64,000 nucleotides of DNA. Source: the human T2T-CHM13v2.0 reference genome, Homo sapiens. Below the pieces are notes generated by a model. The model was not told where the DNA came from and made no database searches. It worked only from the letters and a program-made list of their open reading frames with translations. Position numbers and translations under genes: made by a program. Positions 1 to 12,171 of this stretch are shown piece by piece. Positions within the stretch are counted from its first letter, which is position 1. Each line of letters begins with the position of its first letter. Location of the stretch: the NCBI RefSeq assembly GCF_009914755.1, contig NC_060934.1. One strand, given 5' to 3'.

Positions 1-609
1 TGATGTATCTTTCCAACCCAGCTGCAATTCACCCGCCCTCAGCTGTGAGTCTCCTAAATCATCTTCAGTAAGACTGGCTGCTCTGTGCTCACCCACCCTG
101 CTGCCCTTACTCACTCCTCTTTCCCACCATCGTCTGCCTGGTGGGAGTGTCCTCCCTCAGCACTCAGCTTAGATGCTACTTCCTACTTAGACCCCCAGAC
201 AGAGGAGACCATTTCCTCCTTTGTGCCTCAGTGTAGTTTACCCTATATGGATGGCACCAATACAAATGTGTGCCTGCCTCCTTAGAAACTGAGCCCCTGA
301 AGAACGGACCCACCTTTCACTCAACTTCCTGGAACCTGACAAATAGCCAACTTAGAAACTATTTCTTGGTCTCAATCGAGTTGAGTTAAACCTAACTGAA
401 TTGAAATATGGGAGGGGCGTGGCTTTGCCAAGAGAAGGTTAAAAAATCTACCCCTCTTGTATATCTTTATAATTGACAAATCTAAATATTGACATATGCT
501 AATAGCATTGTATATTACACTTCAAAATAAAGTTTTTAATATGCTGTACTAAGGTCATTGATACCCTGAGTTTTTATTTCTCTAACATATCTCAGGAAAC
601 AGATGTCTG

Positions 610-800
610 CTAAGTGTTGGAACTTGTGATAGATGTTTTACATATTTTATTTTGCTTGATATTTAAACAATCCCATGGGGTAGATAATGTAATTCTCATT
701 TCACAGAGACGGGAAATGAACTGCCAAGAAGCTCAATAGCTTGCCTGAGCTCAGCTATTAAAAAGGCAGAATCAGGCCATCCTGATTCTAAACCCTAAGT
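610..800. mobile_element. MIR SINE fragment
   Basis: core-like ctcatttcacagagacgggaaatgaactg; boundaries approximate. Confidence 0.55.
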
Positions 801-1171
801 TTAGAATCTCTCTATACCTCTACATGCTGAAGTTTCCCCTGAAACCTTTGAATTCTTTATATGTCTTATATAATCTAATTTACAAAAGTTAATTAAAGTT
901 GATTAGCATATTTACTTATGATGTCAGACCAAAATAACTGAACTACATGCCAGTCTCTAGGGGATCTTCAGCACCTTCTTGGAGGTGCTTGTTTCCCTTA
1001 TGCACCATCTACTGGGGTGAAATTGTTCCTATGGATCAACCACCTAGGCTGCCAGTGTGCTCTTTTGCTTTTCCCACTGGGAACCCCTGGAAACATGATG
1101 AACTGGCTGCAAAGCTCGTTCTCTTGGTGAGTAGCCGCAGGTCTGCTTACAGCTCCTGCCTCCTCTTCCAG

Positions 1172-1297
1172 GACAGCCTTGATGCCATGCTTCAGTGGCT
1201 CCTGCAGAGGCACCACCAGGAAGAAGTCCTCCAGGCTGGGCTGTGCACAGAAGGTGCCTTGCTCCTCCTGGAAATGCTGAAGGCCACCATGAGCCAG
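1172..1297 (+). CDS. WDFY4: WDFY4 exon A, 126 nt, phase 0-0 (DSLDAMLQW...LKATMSQ)
   Basis: ctcctcttccag|GAC acceptor, CAG|gtgaga donor; 42 codons. Confidence 0.95.
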
Positions 1298-2668
1298 GTG
1301 AGACCCATTCCCCACATGCTGCCCCGAGGAGGTTCTGATGGGAAGGCCAGTTTGGAAGGGTCACCTTGACTTTTCTCTTAGCATCTTCCCACTAATGCAA
1401 GTAATTAGCCAGATCCTGTAGAAGAGGTGAGGTAAGTTCCTAGAGTGACTCAGGGGCACAACTGGAAACCCAGCCTATAGGTCTCTGAGCTTTATGTGCT
1501 CTTGCAGGTGATACCTGTTTATCATTTGTTTAAGCATGGGATTTCTTCACTGGAAGATTTATTGCCTTCAGTCAAAGGGAACATTTCTTAGGAGGAGGAA
1601 GGGCCTCTCCTCTCAACGAGTCCATCTCCTCGCTCATGAGTGACCTGGGGAAGGGACCTGACTTAGAGAAGGCAGATGGCCGCCAGCTACAGGCAGGGCA
1701 TGGAGTCTTCGGGAGTGAGAAGCCTTTAATTTGAGCCTTCAAGGTCCAGTAGAGGTGGGTGGTGAGCAGAAGAGTTATTTTAGACATTGGGTAGAGGCCA
1801 TGTGACTTGTGAACAGGAATAATTAATGGTAAGCCAGGTCAGGGAGGGTTTCCAGAAAAGGCTGAAAAATTCTGACTTCATCCTGTAGGCACCAAAGGCA
1901 ATTGGAGGCCTGATTGTATGGGGAAACTTACTGCTTTTGTAAAATGATACATGATTACCTTTAACATTTAAACAAAAGGGAAAAACAGAAAGTAAACAAC
2001 ACCCACCTGACACACACCCACCCAAAAATGAGCACTGTGAATTTGGTGGAATCTTTCCAGATACTTCTCCAAGATTCGACCATATCCTCACAGAGGATGA
2101 GACCACATGTACCCCTTTTGCCTTTTTTTCCTCAATATTTGTGGACCTCTTCTCATGCAAATAAAGTGAAAAAACATGGTAATCATTTGTATTTGTAATG
2201 GAAATTGATGTTGTTTTACAGAGTGTTGTTTGTAATGAACTTTCTTAAACAAATATCTTTCTTTCTGTCTTGATGACCTCTTTAGTGTATTCTGGGATGT
2301 AGTATAGCAGGTCAAAGTGTGCCTTCAGGCGTTTTCTTTTGGATGTACTTCTCAGAAAGATTGCATTAGTCATTATGCATACACATCCCACCAGCAAATA
2401 TCTAACTCCTTATCTTGTTCAGAAGGACTCAGCCCCATCCTCACAGCCTCAACATCATGGCCAAACTGATGATGGCTTCATAGTTGAGTTCTTTTGCATT
2501 TATTATTTCTGAGGTTGAAATCATTTTTCATATGTTTATTAGCTATCTTTATTTATTTTCCTCTCTCTCTATTTTCCTGTCAATTGCCTGATTATATCTT
2601 TTGCCAGTTTTTCTGGGTGTGTGGGATTATGCTGAGAAAGTAGAGATCCCACTTTTTGCCCTTTTTGA

Positions 2669-2911
<243 letters not shown>

Positions 2912-4459
2912 TAGATACCCTTTTAGCACACAGTTAGATAATCCTATGCTTTTTTTTTTTCTTTTAGCCAGTTTCCTATGATGAATTACATCAATAGATT
3001 TCTTTGCATTCTTTCAAAGACCTCATTTAGTCACTCTGTCCTTATTCTGTTTGTATTTTCTTTATGATTTCATGCATCCTATAAATGATATTAGTCTGCA
3101 ATTTAGTTTTTGTTGAAAAATATTTTTCAGGTTTTGACATCAGTATTATGCTAATATTATATAAAAAAGACTTCTCTCCTTTCTTTGTATTCAGCAAGAC
3201 GTTAAATCCATGATTTTTATATTATTTTAATTGTTCCTATGAAATTGCCTGGACCTAAATTTGTCCCATTATTATTGGCTTGTTTAGGCTTTTAAATGTC
3301 TTCTTGACCTAGTTTAGTTAATTAATATTTTAAAATAATTTCCCATTCATTTAATTTGCACAAATGGTCTCCTTTAACTCATGTCATTTTCTGTGTGATT
3401 GTTTCTCCCTTCGTATTCTCAGTTTGTGTCCTGCTTTCTCCTTCTTGGACTCTCTTGTGACTTAGGAGTTGAAGGCTTGTGGATTTATATAAATAACCAG
3501 CTCTTGGGTACATTTATCAGTCTCCTGATTTTATTTCTGTCAATTTCTAAGATTTTGATTTTGGCGTCTTCATTTTTTGTTATGTTCTGGAATTTCTGTG
3601 ACTGTAGTGTTAAAGCTCTCTTTGATTCACATTTTCTAATGTCCATGTGGTGAAGATTTTTGGTTTTTAAACTTTTGTTCTCTATTTCTAGTTATGTTTT
3701 GGCCCTGCTCAGATCATGTGATCTGTATATTTTTCATCTTCAAGAAATTTATTCATGGTTTTATTGTAGGCCTAATGAGCAATTAATTTAGGGGTACCTG
3801 AAAAGATGTATATTTTCTGTATGGAGCATAAGGAATCTGTTACCTGTTTAATCAATTAATGTTATTCAAAATAAAGCAAACAAAAGGAATCACATGCAAG
3901 CATTTAAAACAAAGAAAATATGTAATATGCTGAGAGAAGTAAAAATATAAGACCAAACATGTATGTCATAACAGCAAACATAAAAAGGTTAAATTTCTAT
4001 ATTAAAGATGTGAATTTTAGACTTGGTGAAAAACAAGACTCAGACTTCTAAGATCTAACATGTATGTATATACAACAATAACAAAGTTACTCAGTGAGTT
4101 TGGTACAATCAAGATCTGTGTCAGGAAAGCATCATCTACCCAATACAGTAGACAAGTATCAAAAATAAAAGGCAGAAACTTAAAAGATAAGAGAAAAAGG
4201 CTAGGGGTAAACATAGAACCTACTTCAGAGGGTTGTTGTGGGGTGAGAAGAGGCATATGTATGAAGCCCTTACAACGTCTGCACATATTAAACCCTTCCT
4301 CAATTGGACACTAGTGTCTGGTGCTAATCTGCAGTCTTAAATAATGTATCTTGTTGAAAGTCTCAGGAAGGAATCTTCTCCCTAGACCTCAGCTCCTCTG
4401 GTTAGGGAGGCAGCGCCCATCATGCTGCCCTGCACTACCTCTCACCAAGTGTGCCTCAG

Positions 4460-4624
4460 CCCCTGGCAGGTTCTGAGGATGGTGCCTGGGCACAGACCTT
4501 CCCGGCCAGCGTGCTGCAGTTCCTCAGCCTCGTCCACCGCACCTACCCCCAGGACCCAGCGTGGCGAGCCCCGGAGTTCCTCCAGACCTTGGCCATAGCC
4601 GCCTTCCCCCTGGGAGCCCAAAAG
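4460..4624 (+). CDS. WDFY4: WDFY4 exon B, 165 nt, phase 0-0 (PLAGSEDG...PLGAQK)
   Basis: gtgcctcag|CCC acceptor, AAG|gtagga donor; 55 codons. Confidence 0.94.
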
Positions 4625-7448
4625 GTAGGACATGCTGCTGTCCCACCCAGAGAGAGCAGTTGTGAGCATCATCATCCTTCAAGGGCAAAGGGCAAAATCC
4701 CTCCCCTCCCCCCTAAAATTAAAATACATTTTAAGGCAACTTGAGCGGAACATTGAATAAGCAGCTTGGATAACCATCCTTTTTTGGCTGAGATACACCT
4801 TGAGGTCATTTTCAGCTCTGAGATTCAATAATTTTTTTGAGCTGTTAAGAATCTCAGTAATGAGAAGTCTAATGGCAGATAAAGTCCATTGTCTGTGGCA
4901 TACACAGGCACTGACAAGGGGAGACAGTGACTCCCATTCCAGGAAGTCTGCTGCTGTGCACCACATGGGGGAGGGCAGTCCTGGGAGTGCATCCTGCAAA
5001 AACTTTTGCTCTTGGGAACCCTCATCCAACTTGCAGGCCCCTGGGCCATGACTTGTGTGCCCTTCTAGGCAGTGGGTTTGCAGAGGCCCAGCTTAGAGCC
5101 AGACAAGCCAAGGGGAGGGCAGAGCCTGATTTAAGGATGAGGTCTTGGGTCTTATGCTCTGGGGGTTAGAGAAGGGGCTATGGGAAGACATGTGAGTTTG
5201 AGGCCTCCAGCTAGGCCCAGCAGGTCAAAGCTTGGCTGGGTCAGGGCCGTGTGGGACTCAGGTAGGCTAAGACCTCCTGGGAGCTGGGAAGCGAGAAGGA
5301 GGTGAGGACTAAAGAAGAAGGTCAGGTATGGAAGAAGGAAGGGCAGAAATTCACACAACCACCCCCACTCTGGTGGATTAGGAAGTGGAGACCCAGTGAG
5401 GGCAAGTGAGCTAACCGTGTCTTCCTGCAAGTTGCCAACTGTAGCTAAAGGAGCATATTTGAAAGGTGAGCAATGCTACATAGGGGGGTTTATAATCCAT
5501 GCCAAGTGTGATGCCAGGCCTGGAGTGGTTGCTCCATAAACATTTGCTAAGTGCCCAAATGAATGAGCAACATGCTCTCTTAGCTAATCTTTTCCAGAAG
5601 CATACCCATGGCGGCAGCCTCCATCTCCTGAAACTGGTGCTTTAGAAAACCTGAATTGCCACCTGATGAAGGTGGTGTCTGAGAGGGGAAGCTGAGATTC
5701 AGAGAGGCAAAGTGGCACTCACCAGTTTCCTCCAGGCTCACTGAGGGTCACAAAACCCATCTCCCAGATTGATTGCAAGAATGAAATGTACTGAACTTCA
5801 TGCGATTAACAAGAGACGGAGCCAAAGTTTAAATCTCACTCTTACCCCAAAGCCTTGTCCTTTTCATTACAGTCAGTTTAAAATAAAATTAAATGGCCAA
5901 ATAAACTTTAAAAGTAGTTTTAATAAAAAGACTAAATATAAAGACCAGAAGTTTCACAAAAAGATAACATAGTTTTGAAATAGTTTGATGAATTCATATC
6001 AAGTAACTTACTAAAAAAGTAAGATAAAAAAGCAAACAAGAGTGAAGGAATGCAGCGTTGTTTGCAGGAGAGAGGTGGGATAGGACCCACAGCCAGAGGC
6101 GCAGGCAGCCTGGCCAGGGAGAGATCAAGGGCGAGCCTACAGGCTCCCCCTCGACACTTCCCTGGGCAGGTTTTCTGCAGGGGTCCAGCGGCCTAACATT
6201 CTCTACCCAGATGCCCAGCTCAGCCCCCATGCCCAAGGGCCAGGCTCGCCATCTGCTGAGTCGGGGCTCCAGCCGAGTGCCCCCGCCAGCAGCCCAGGTG
6301 CACACTCTGACCCAGGGCTCCTGCTCCCCATGGTCAGCAGTTCCTGCCCAGGGGAGGGTCTGGCCCAGAGTCACATCCCCAGCTGATCGCGGGCGAGGTC
6401 GGGCTTTTGTCTTGGGGCTCCTGGCTCTAATTCCAAGGTGTACCTCCCAGCCATCCTTGCCTTTTTCAGCGCTCCAAGTCAGCTCTGCCAAGGCCTTTGT
6501 TGTATAGAAAACATGCCAGACCCTCTTCATGCAGAAGGCTGGTGGCCAAAGGCTTGGATTTGCTGTGAATTTATATGGCATCTTTCCAATCAAGGCCGCA
6601 CGGAGCTAATTAATGCAGTCACTACCTCCCTAGGTGCCATTAAATTCATTTTATGGCTTAATTAAGAACGGCCGCATTAATTTTATGAATGAGCAAAGGG
6701 AGGTGCTAACAGATGAATGCGCAGGAGAAGTTCACGGGCTGGGAGTCAGGAGTCCCTGGCCGCGTGTCCTTGGGTGAGTCATTCAGCCTCCAGCATCTCT
6801 GTGTCCTCCTGGACGTATCTGGGGTAATGACCCCTGTCTCGTTGATCTCCCAACATTTTATAAATATAAAACAAAATAGTGGATGCCAAAGTGCTTCAGA
6901 AATTAGAGGAAAGAACTCTTTGGAGTCCCACTTCTCCACCGTTCTTGCCTGAGGAGCCTGTCTGTGGGCATCAGCAGAGACTGGGCAGGAGGTAGAGGTG
7001 GGGTCCCCATCACAAGATGGGCACCGACTCTCTCTGACTGTCTACCAGGGGCTGGGCATTGCCACGTTCGTTATTCTCTCATGTCATTCTCCCAGATCCG
7101 GTGTCAGATGGTTTTTATTGTCTCTATTTAACCGATGGGGAGCTGTGGCTTGGAGATGTGAAGCAGCTTGCTCCTGGCACATTCTGGAGTTCATCATGAA
7201 CACTGCAGGCCTCTCTGACTCTGTGGTTTAGCTTCTTTGCACAACACTTGGCATCTCATATTCTCAAACAGTAGCAGGCCACTTTATGAGCAGCTGGATC
7301 CTGGGCAAGTTGCTTTCCTGTGCGGAGCCTCAATTTCCGTACATGTCACTGGGCATGACAATAATCCGCCCATGTACATGGCACAGGTTGGTGGGAAAGA
7401 GCTTGAGGCAGGGCAGGCCACTCATGTTGGGGTTCTCTTGTCTTTGAG

Positions 7449-7652
7449 GGGGTTGGGGCTGAGTCCACCCGGAACACCAGCAGTCCTGAGGCCGCAGCTG
7501 AAGGCGACAGCACAGTGGAGGGTCTCCAGGCTCCCACCAAGGCACATCCCGCCCGGAGGAAGCTGAGGGAGTTCACGCAGCTCCTCTTGAGGGAGCTCCT
7601 GCTTGGAGCCTCCAGCCCCAAGCAGTGGCTGCCCCTGGAGGTGCTCCTGGAG
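7449..7652 (+). CDS. WDFY4: WDFY4 exon C, 204 nt, phase 0-0 (GVGAESTRN...PLEVLLE)
   Basis: ttctcttgtctttgag|GGG acceptor, GAG|gtgggt donor; 68 open codons (not listed in ORF track). Confidence 0.9.
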
Positions 7653-8276
7653 GTGGGTTGGAAAAGGTGACATTGGGCCATGTGCTGTGGAGGCTGCCGG
7701 CATACCGGCACTGCAAGGGCAGGATGCACCCAGGGAGACAGAGGGCCTGGGGGCCACAGCGAGTGAAGGGGAATCTGTGAACCATGGGCCCCAAAAAAGC
7801 AACAGGTGATAGAGGAGTGAGCACAGAGTCCCTAGAAGCAGAGCCTGAGGTGGGAGTTTTGTGGAAGTGAGTTATTGGCCAGTGGGTTGGAGGCGGTGTT
7901 CTCAGGAGAAGCAGGGAGGGAAGCAGAGGGGCAGGAGGTGAAGCTAGCCCAGAGGTGGTCCCAGCTGGAGCCTGGCCCAAGGGGGGTTCTGGGGTGCTCT
8001 CTGCCTCCCAGGGCCGGCCCCACCTGTGGCACCTGACAGGTGGCCGTGGGCTGTGGGCTCCCCTGACTTGCCTCCTTACCCTCGGAAGTGGGCGTTGCTT
8101 CCTGGATGAGGCAGCTCAGTCACAGAGGGTGGGCCCCCAGAGAAGGGAAAATTGTGAGCAGCCCACACTGCTGGCAGATGCGGCATAAGTGTCCCAGCCA
8201 GGCTAGGGAGGCGGTGGGCACTGGGTGCACACGATGGCCCTGTGGTTGCTGTCTCAGTCCCGGGCTGTGCTTCCAG

Positions 8277-8391
8277 GCTTCTCCAGACCACGCCACCAGC
8301 CAACAGAAGCGAGACTTCCAGTCCGAGGTCCTGCTTTCTGCTATGGAACTATTCCACATGACAAGTGGAGGTGATGCAGCGATGTTCAGAG
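8277..8391 (+). CDS. WDFY4: WDFY4 exon D, 115 nt, phase 0-1 (ASPDHATSQQ...DAAMFR)
   Basis: gcttccag|GCT acceptor, AGAG|gtgagt donor. Confidence 0.94.
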
Positions 8392-9019
8392 GTGAGTGGG
8401 GCAACTCGGTCCCCTCCATTCATGACATGAGGCTGCTGACAGTGGAGAGGAAACCAGCATGCTGGCCAGGAACTGACCCTAGCTGTGGGATGCTGCCTCC
8501 ACCTGGCGTCAGTCCCTCCAGGCATCATCAACAAGAACTCCCTGGCTCCTGCCTTGGGGCCCAGTGGAGGGGTGCTTGCTACTTTCCATGACACCCTTGT
8601 CATGCTGTGCCACTTACAGACAGAAAGCCCTTTTGCCTCTAAGCAAAAATCGGCTCTCCTGTAGCCTCAGTAGAAATGCAACCTCTTCCCATAAGGGAAA
8701 CCAAGATACCACAATTTAACCTTCCGTGCTCAGCATTCTGCCTGGGTACGGGATAGGTGCACAGCTGATGTTTCTTAAACAATGAACCTGGATGAAGATG
8801 CTGCCATGCCCCTTCAGAGCTTAAAATTGAAGGTTCATTCAAAAAACTTGGTTCCAGGGCAGCTGTACCTTTTCAACAAGCCTAAACAAAAGCCTTTTCT
8901 GTGGTTCCCAAGCCACAGGAATCCCTAGGAACATGAGTCCTACTCTGGACTTCTCCTTGCCTCCTACTCAGAAGCCCTGACTTCATGATCCTTCTCATGG
9001 AGAGACTGGAATGCAGGAG

Positions 9020-9240
9020 AGTAGCAGGGTGGTGAAGTGTGGGTTTGGCAATCCCAGTTCTGGACTTGGCTCTGCCACTGGACAGTCATGCGACCCTAGT
9101 CAGGTGCCTGGACCTGTGAGTAAGGACGACAGTCGTGGTGAACTCACAGGGTTGTGCTAGGGGTTAGTTGAGATCATCACACACATGGCTGAGCACAGTA
9201 CCTGCTGTGTTGGTGAGCATAGATGGATAATGACAGTATG
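9020..9240. mobile_element. MIR SINE
   Basis: tggctctgccact...tgcgacccta...acagggttgtgctagggg...agcacagtacctg; approximate. Confidence 0.55.
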
Positions 9241-9594
9241 GCTTTATCCTCTGCCTAGTGTAGCAGCAGGGCCCCTGGTCATCATGATGCCTGCTCATTT
9301 GTCTCAAGCAGCACATTCTCCCCCATCCTCCTCCAAAAAGCCACAGGAAGAAATGCTTCACCTTGCTTGCTTTCTCACCACTTGGTTTATGTCGCTGACC
9401 AGATTACTCAAGATCTGTTCATTTTGATTAAATGTGTGTGTGTTGGGCACCTCGTCAGTACAAGACTCCATCTTTGGAACCATGGGGTACACAGAGGTGA
9501 ATAAGATGCAGTTGGTCACTACAGGGGGCTTGGAGATTGTCATGGACAGAAGTCCATTTAGACTCTCACCTCCACCTGTCCCCTCACTCCACAG

Positions 9595-9752
9595 ACGGCA
9601 AAGAGCCTCAGCCAAGTGCAGAAGCTGCTGCTGCCCCTTCTCTTGCCAACATCTCCTGCTTCACCCAGAAGCTGGTGGAGAAGCTGTACAGTGGGATGTT
9701 CTCGGCAGACCCCAGGCATATCCTCCTCTTCATCCTGGAGCACATCATGGTG
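9595..9752 (+). CDS. WDFY4: WDFY4 exon E, 158 nt, phase 1-0 (DGKEPQPS...LEHIMV)
   Basis: cactccacag|AC acceptor completes G|AC (Asp); GTG|gtaaga donor. Confidence 0.95.
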
Positions 9753-11384
9753 GTAAGAGCTGCTCACTGACCGGGTATCTGTGTGGATCTGAATGATGTG
9801 CTCCTGGCTATTGTCCAGTTGGTTCCACTGGATCTGCCCTCCCTCCCTGGAGTAGAATCTGAGCCAGGTGGGAGGAAGCAGGAGGCCCTTTAGTCCCAGG
9901 TAATACCTGGAGGCTACTGCATGTCCAGCAGGGCTCTCACCTCAGGCCCCCTGAGCCCAGTCCCAGGGATTGGAAGCCTCAGCTCCCTGCACTTGCACCT
10001 GAGCTCTGTAAACTCCTAGAACCTGCTTCCTTCCCTTTGGGTTTTTATTGTGATTGTTGGTTTGACCTTAATTGTTATTATACCTCCTCAGCTAAGAAAG
10101 GACCACAAAGGCCTTTGTCTTCACAAGACCTATTTTATTTTCTTCTTTAATACTCACTCTGTTGTATTTGTGCCTTCCTGCAGTGGAGACAGGCATCTAT
10201 TTTAACCTTGTCTTTTTATTCTTGCCTGTGCCCTTTCTTTCCAGATAAACAGGTATAGTTACATACCTACCTGTACAAATGCATACCTGTAGGGCCATCA
10301 TTGAATGTAGGTGTATGTATGTGCATGCATATACACACAGAGAGAATCGTACAATCTCAAAATTCCAGCATTGAAAGAGACCTTTTTTTTTTTTAGATCT
10401 CAGCCCCATTACAAGCTAGAGACTTTTCCTGACAAGCCTCCAGGAAACCTTTGCTCAAACCCTCCCTGTGATGGGGAACCCCCTAAAATTCAAGTTGTCC
10501 CACCCAGGGGGATGTCTGTGATTCTTGGAAAGAACTTTCTGTTATCAAGCTGGGATCTACCTCCAGCAACTCCTGCCAGCAGTCCTGGTTATGCCCTCTG
10601 CAGCAGAATTAGGAGGACCACTCTCCTTCCTCTTCACATCTCATAGAGAGTGAAATTGGCTCCCAGCACCCTTCTGACTGCAGAGTCACCCACAGACCTC
10701 AGGACTGGGCCTCTTCACAGTTTCTAGAGCCATCTTCACTTGTCTGATGAGCAGGTCCAAGCAAACCTGGAAAGACTTGAATTCAAAGGCTTCTTCAGGA
10801 ACAACTCCAAGAGAGGAGAAATAGCCCTTGTCAGCTCTGTGAGGGTTAAAATCAGATTCCTGGCAAGTTGTGTTGTAAATGGAAAGAAGCTGCTGAGCTC
10901 CCTATGGCTAAAGCATGGACTCCCAGCTAATATCCCAAACATAGGTGCCAGTGGGGGCCACCGTGCTTTCAGGGGGACCAGGCCTGAGGGCTCGGCTCCC
11001 CACATATCCACCAGCCTCCTCTCTTGCTTGCTGTCTGTGATGCCTGCCCCTCTTAACCTCTGTTTGAGACCCATCTGAGGAGCAGGAGAGGAACATGATA
11101 AAGAAATGAATCCCAAACCCCAACAGGTTTAAACAGACCTTCACTTCATGAGTAGAAACATTGCGTTACCTGTGAAATTCTAAGGGAGTAGCCTATAACA
11201 AATTCATTTTCTATCGGACTGAAAAACTTTGTGCATACTCTTTGTATTATGGATTCTTTTCATGGAAGCCAAACAGATGTTTGGAGATGTATGGACCAGT
11301 CCATGCTAAGGCTACAAATCAGGGTCTTCTACTTCTCCCTCTAAGTTTCTTTTGAATTAAAATCTTCTGGACTCCGTCTCCAGT

Positions 11385-11600
11385 AGATGATATGGTGGTT
11401 AAGAGCGTGGCTTAAGTGTCCAGTGTGTGTTTGACCCTTGCTGAACCACCCAGCCTCTCTGACCCTTAGCCTCTTATCCGTACAGTGGGGTAACTTAGCG
11501 TCTATGGTGTTTTTATGACAAACAGGCAATATATGCAAATCTGTGCAAAATGCTTAGCATAATACCTGGAATACTATAAGTATTCTATGATAACCATTAA
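11385..11600. mobile_element. MIR SINE
   Basis: tggtggttaagagcgtgg...cttagcctcttatccgtacagtgggg...tgcttagcataatacctgg. Confidence 0.65.
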
Positions 11601-11856
11601 TAATGACACATAGCTATTTTTTAAATTAGATACTACTAATAGCATGTTCTCATACATTGAATGTCAATCATGTTACCATTATTTCAGAAATCTCGGGTCA
11701 CCAAATCTATTTTCTGTAATATGACTGTAACAAACTTTCAACTTTTTTTAACACAAATTTTCACCCAAATTCTGCATAGCCTTGATTGATCATTTCCTTA
11801 AATAGAGGCTTGAAAGTAGAGGAAATGAGTCCTATTAGAATTTCAGGTCATGTCAA

Positions 11857-12160
11857 TTTTTTTTTAAAAGACAAAGTTCCTGCCCTGTCTTCCAGGTTGG
11901 AGTGCAGTGGCATGATGGAGTGCAGTTCACCTCAGCCTCGAAATCCTGGGCTCAAGCAATCCTCCCATCTCAGCCTCCAAGTAGCTAGGACTACAGACAT
12001 GTACCACCTTGCCTGGATAAATTTTTTTTTAACTTTTTGGAAAGATAGGGTCTTACTATGTTGCTGCCCAGACTGGTCTTGAACACCTGTCCTCAAGAGA
12101 TCTTCTTATCTTGGTCTCCTAAAGTGCTAGCAGTACAGATGTGAGCCACCATACCCAGCC
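11857..12160 (-). mobile_element. AluJ-like, full length
   Basis: J-type tcctgggctcaagcaatcctccc; flanked by catgtca(a/c)tttt target-site duplication. Confidence 0.9.
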
Positions 12161-12171
12161 ATGTCACTTTT

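Noticed and set aside
6050-6480. Possible CpG island or internal promoter
   Set aside because: About 14 CpGs in ~420 GC-rich bp gives observed/expected well below island thresholds
5994-6593. 199-aa minus-strand ORF and overlapping 149-aa plus-strand ORF
   Set aside because: Stop-poor GC-rich sequence, no recognisable domain, no splice or poly(A) support
7330-7980. Several antisense ORFs over exon C (similarly over exons A, B, D, E, H, I, K)
   Set aside because: Shadow frames of GC-rich coding exons
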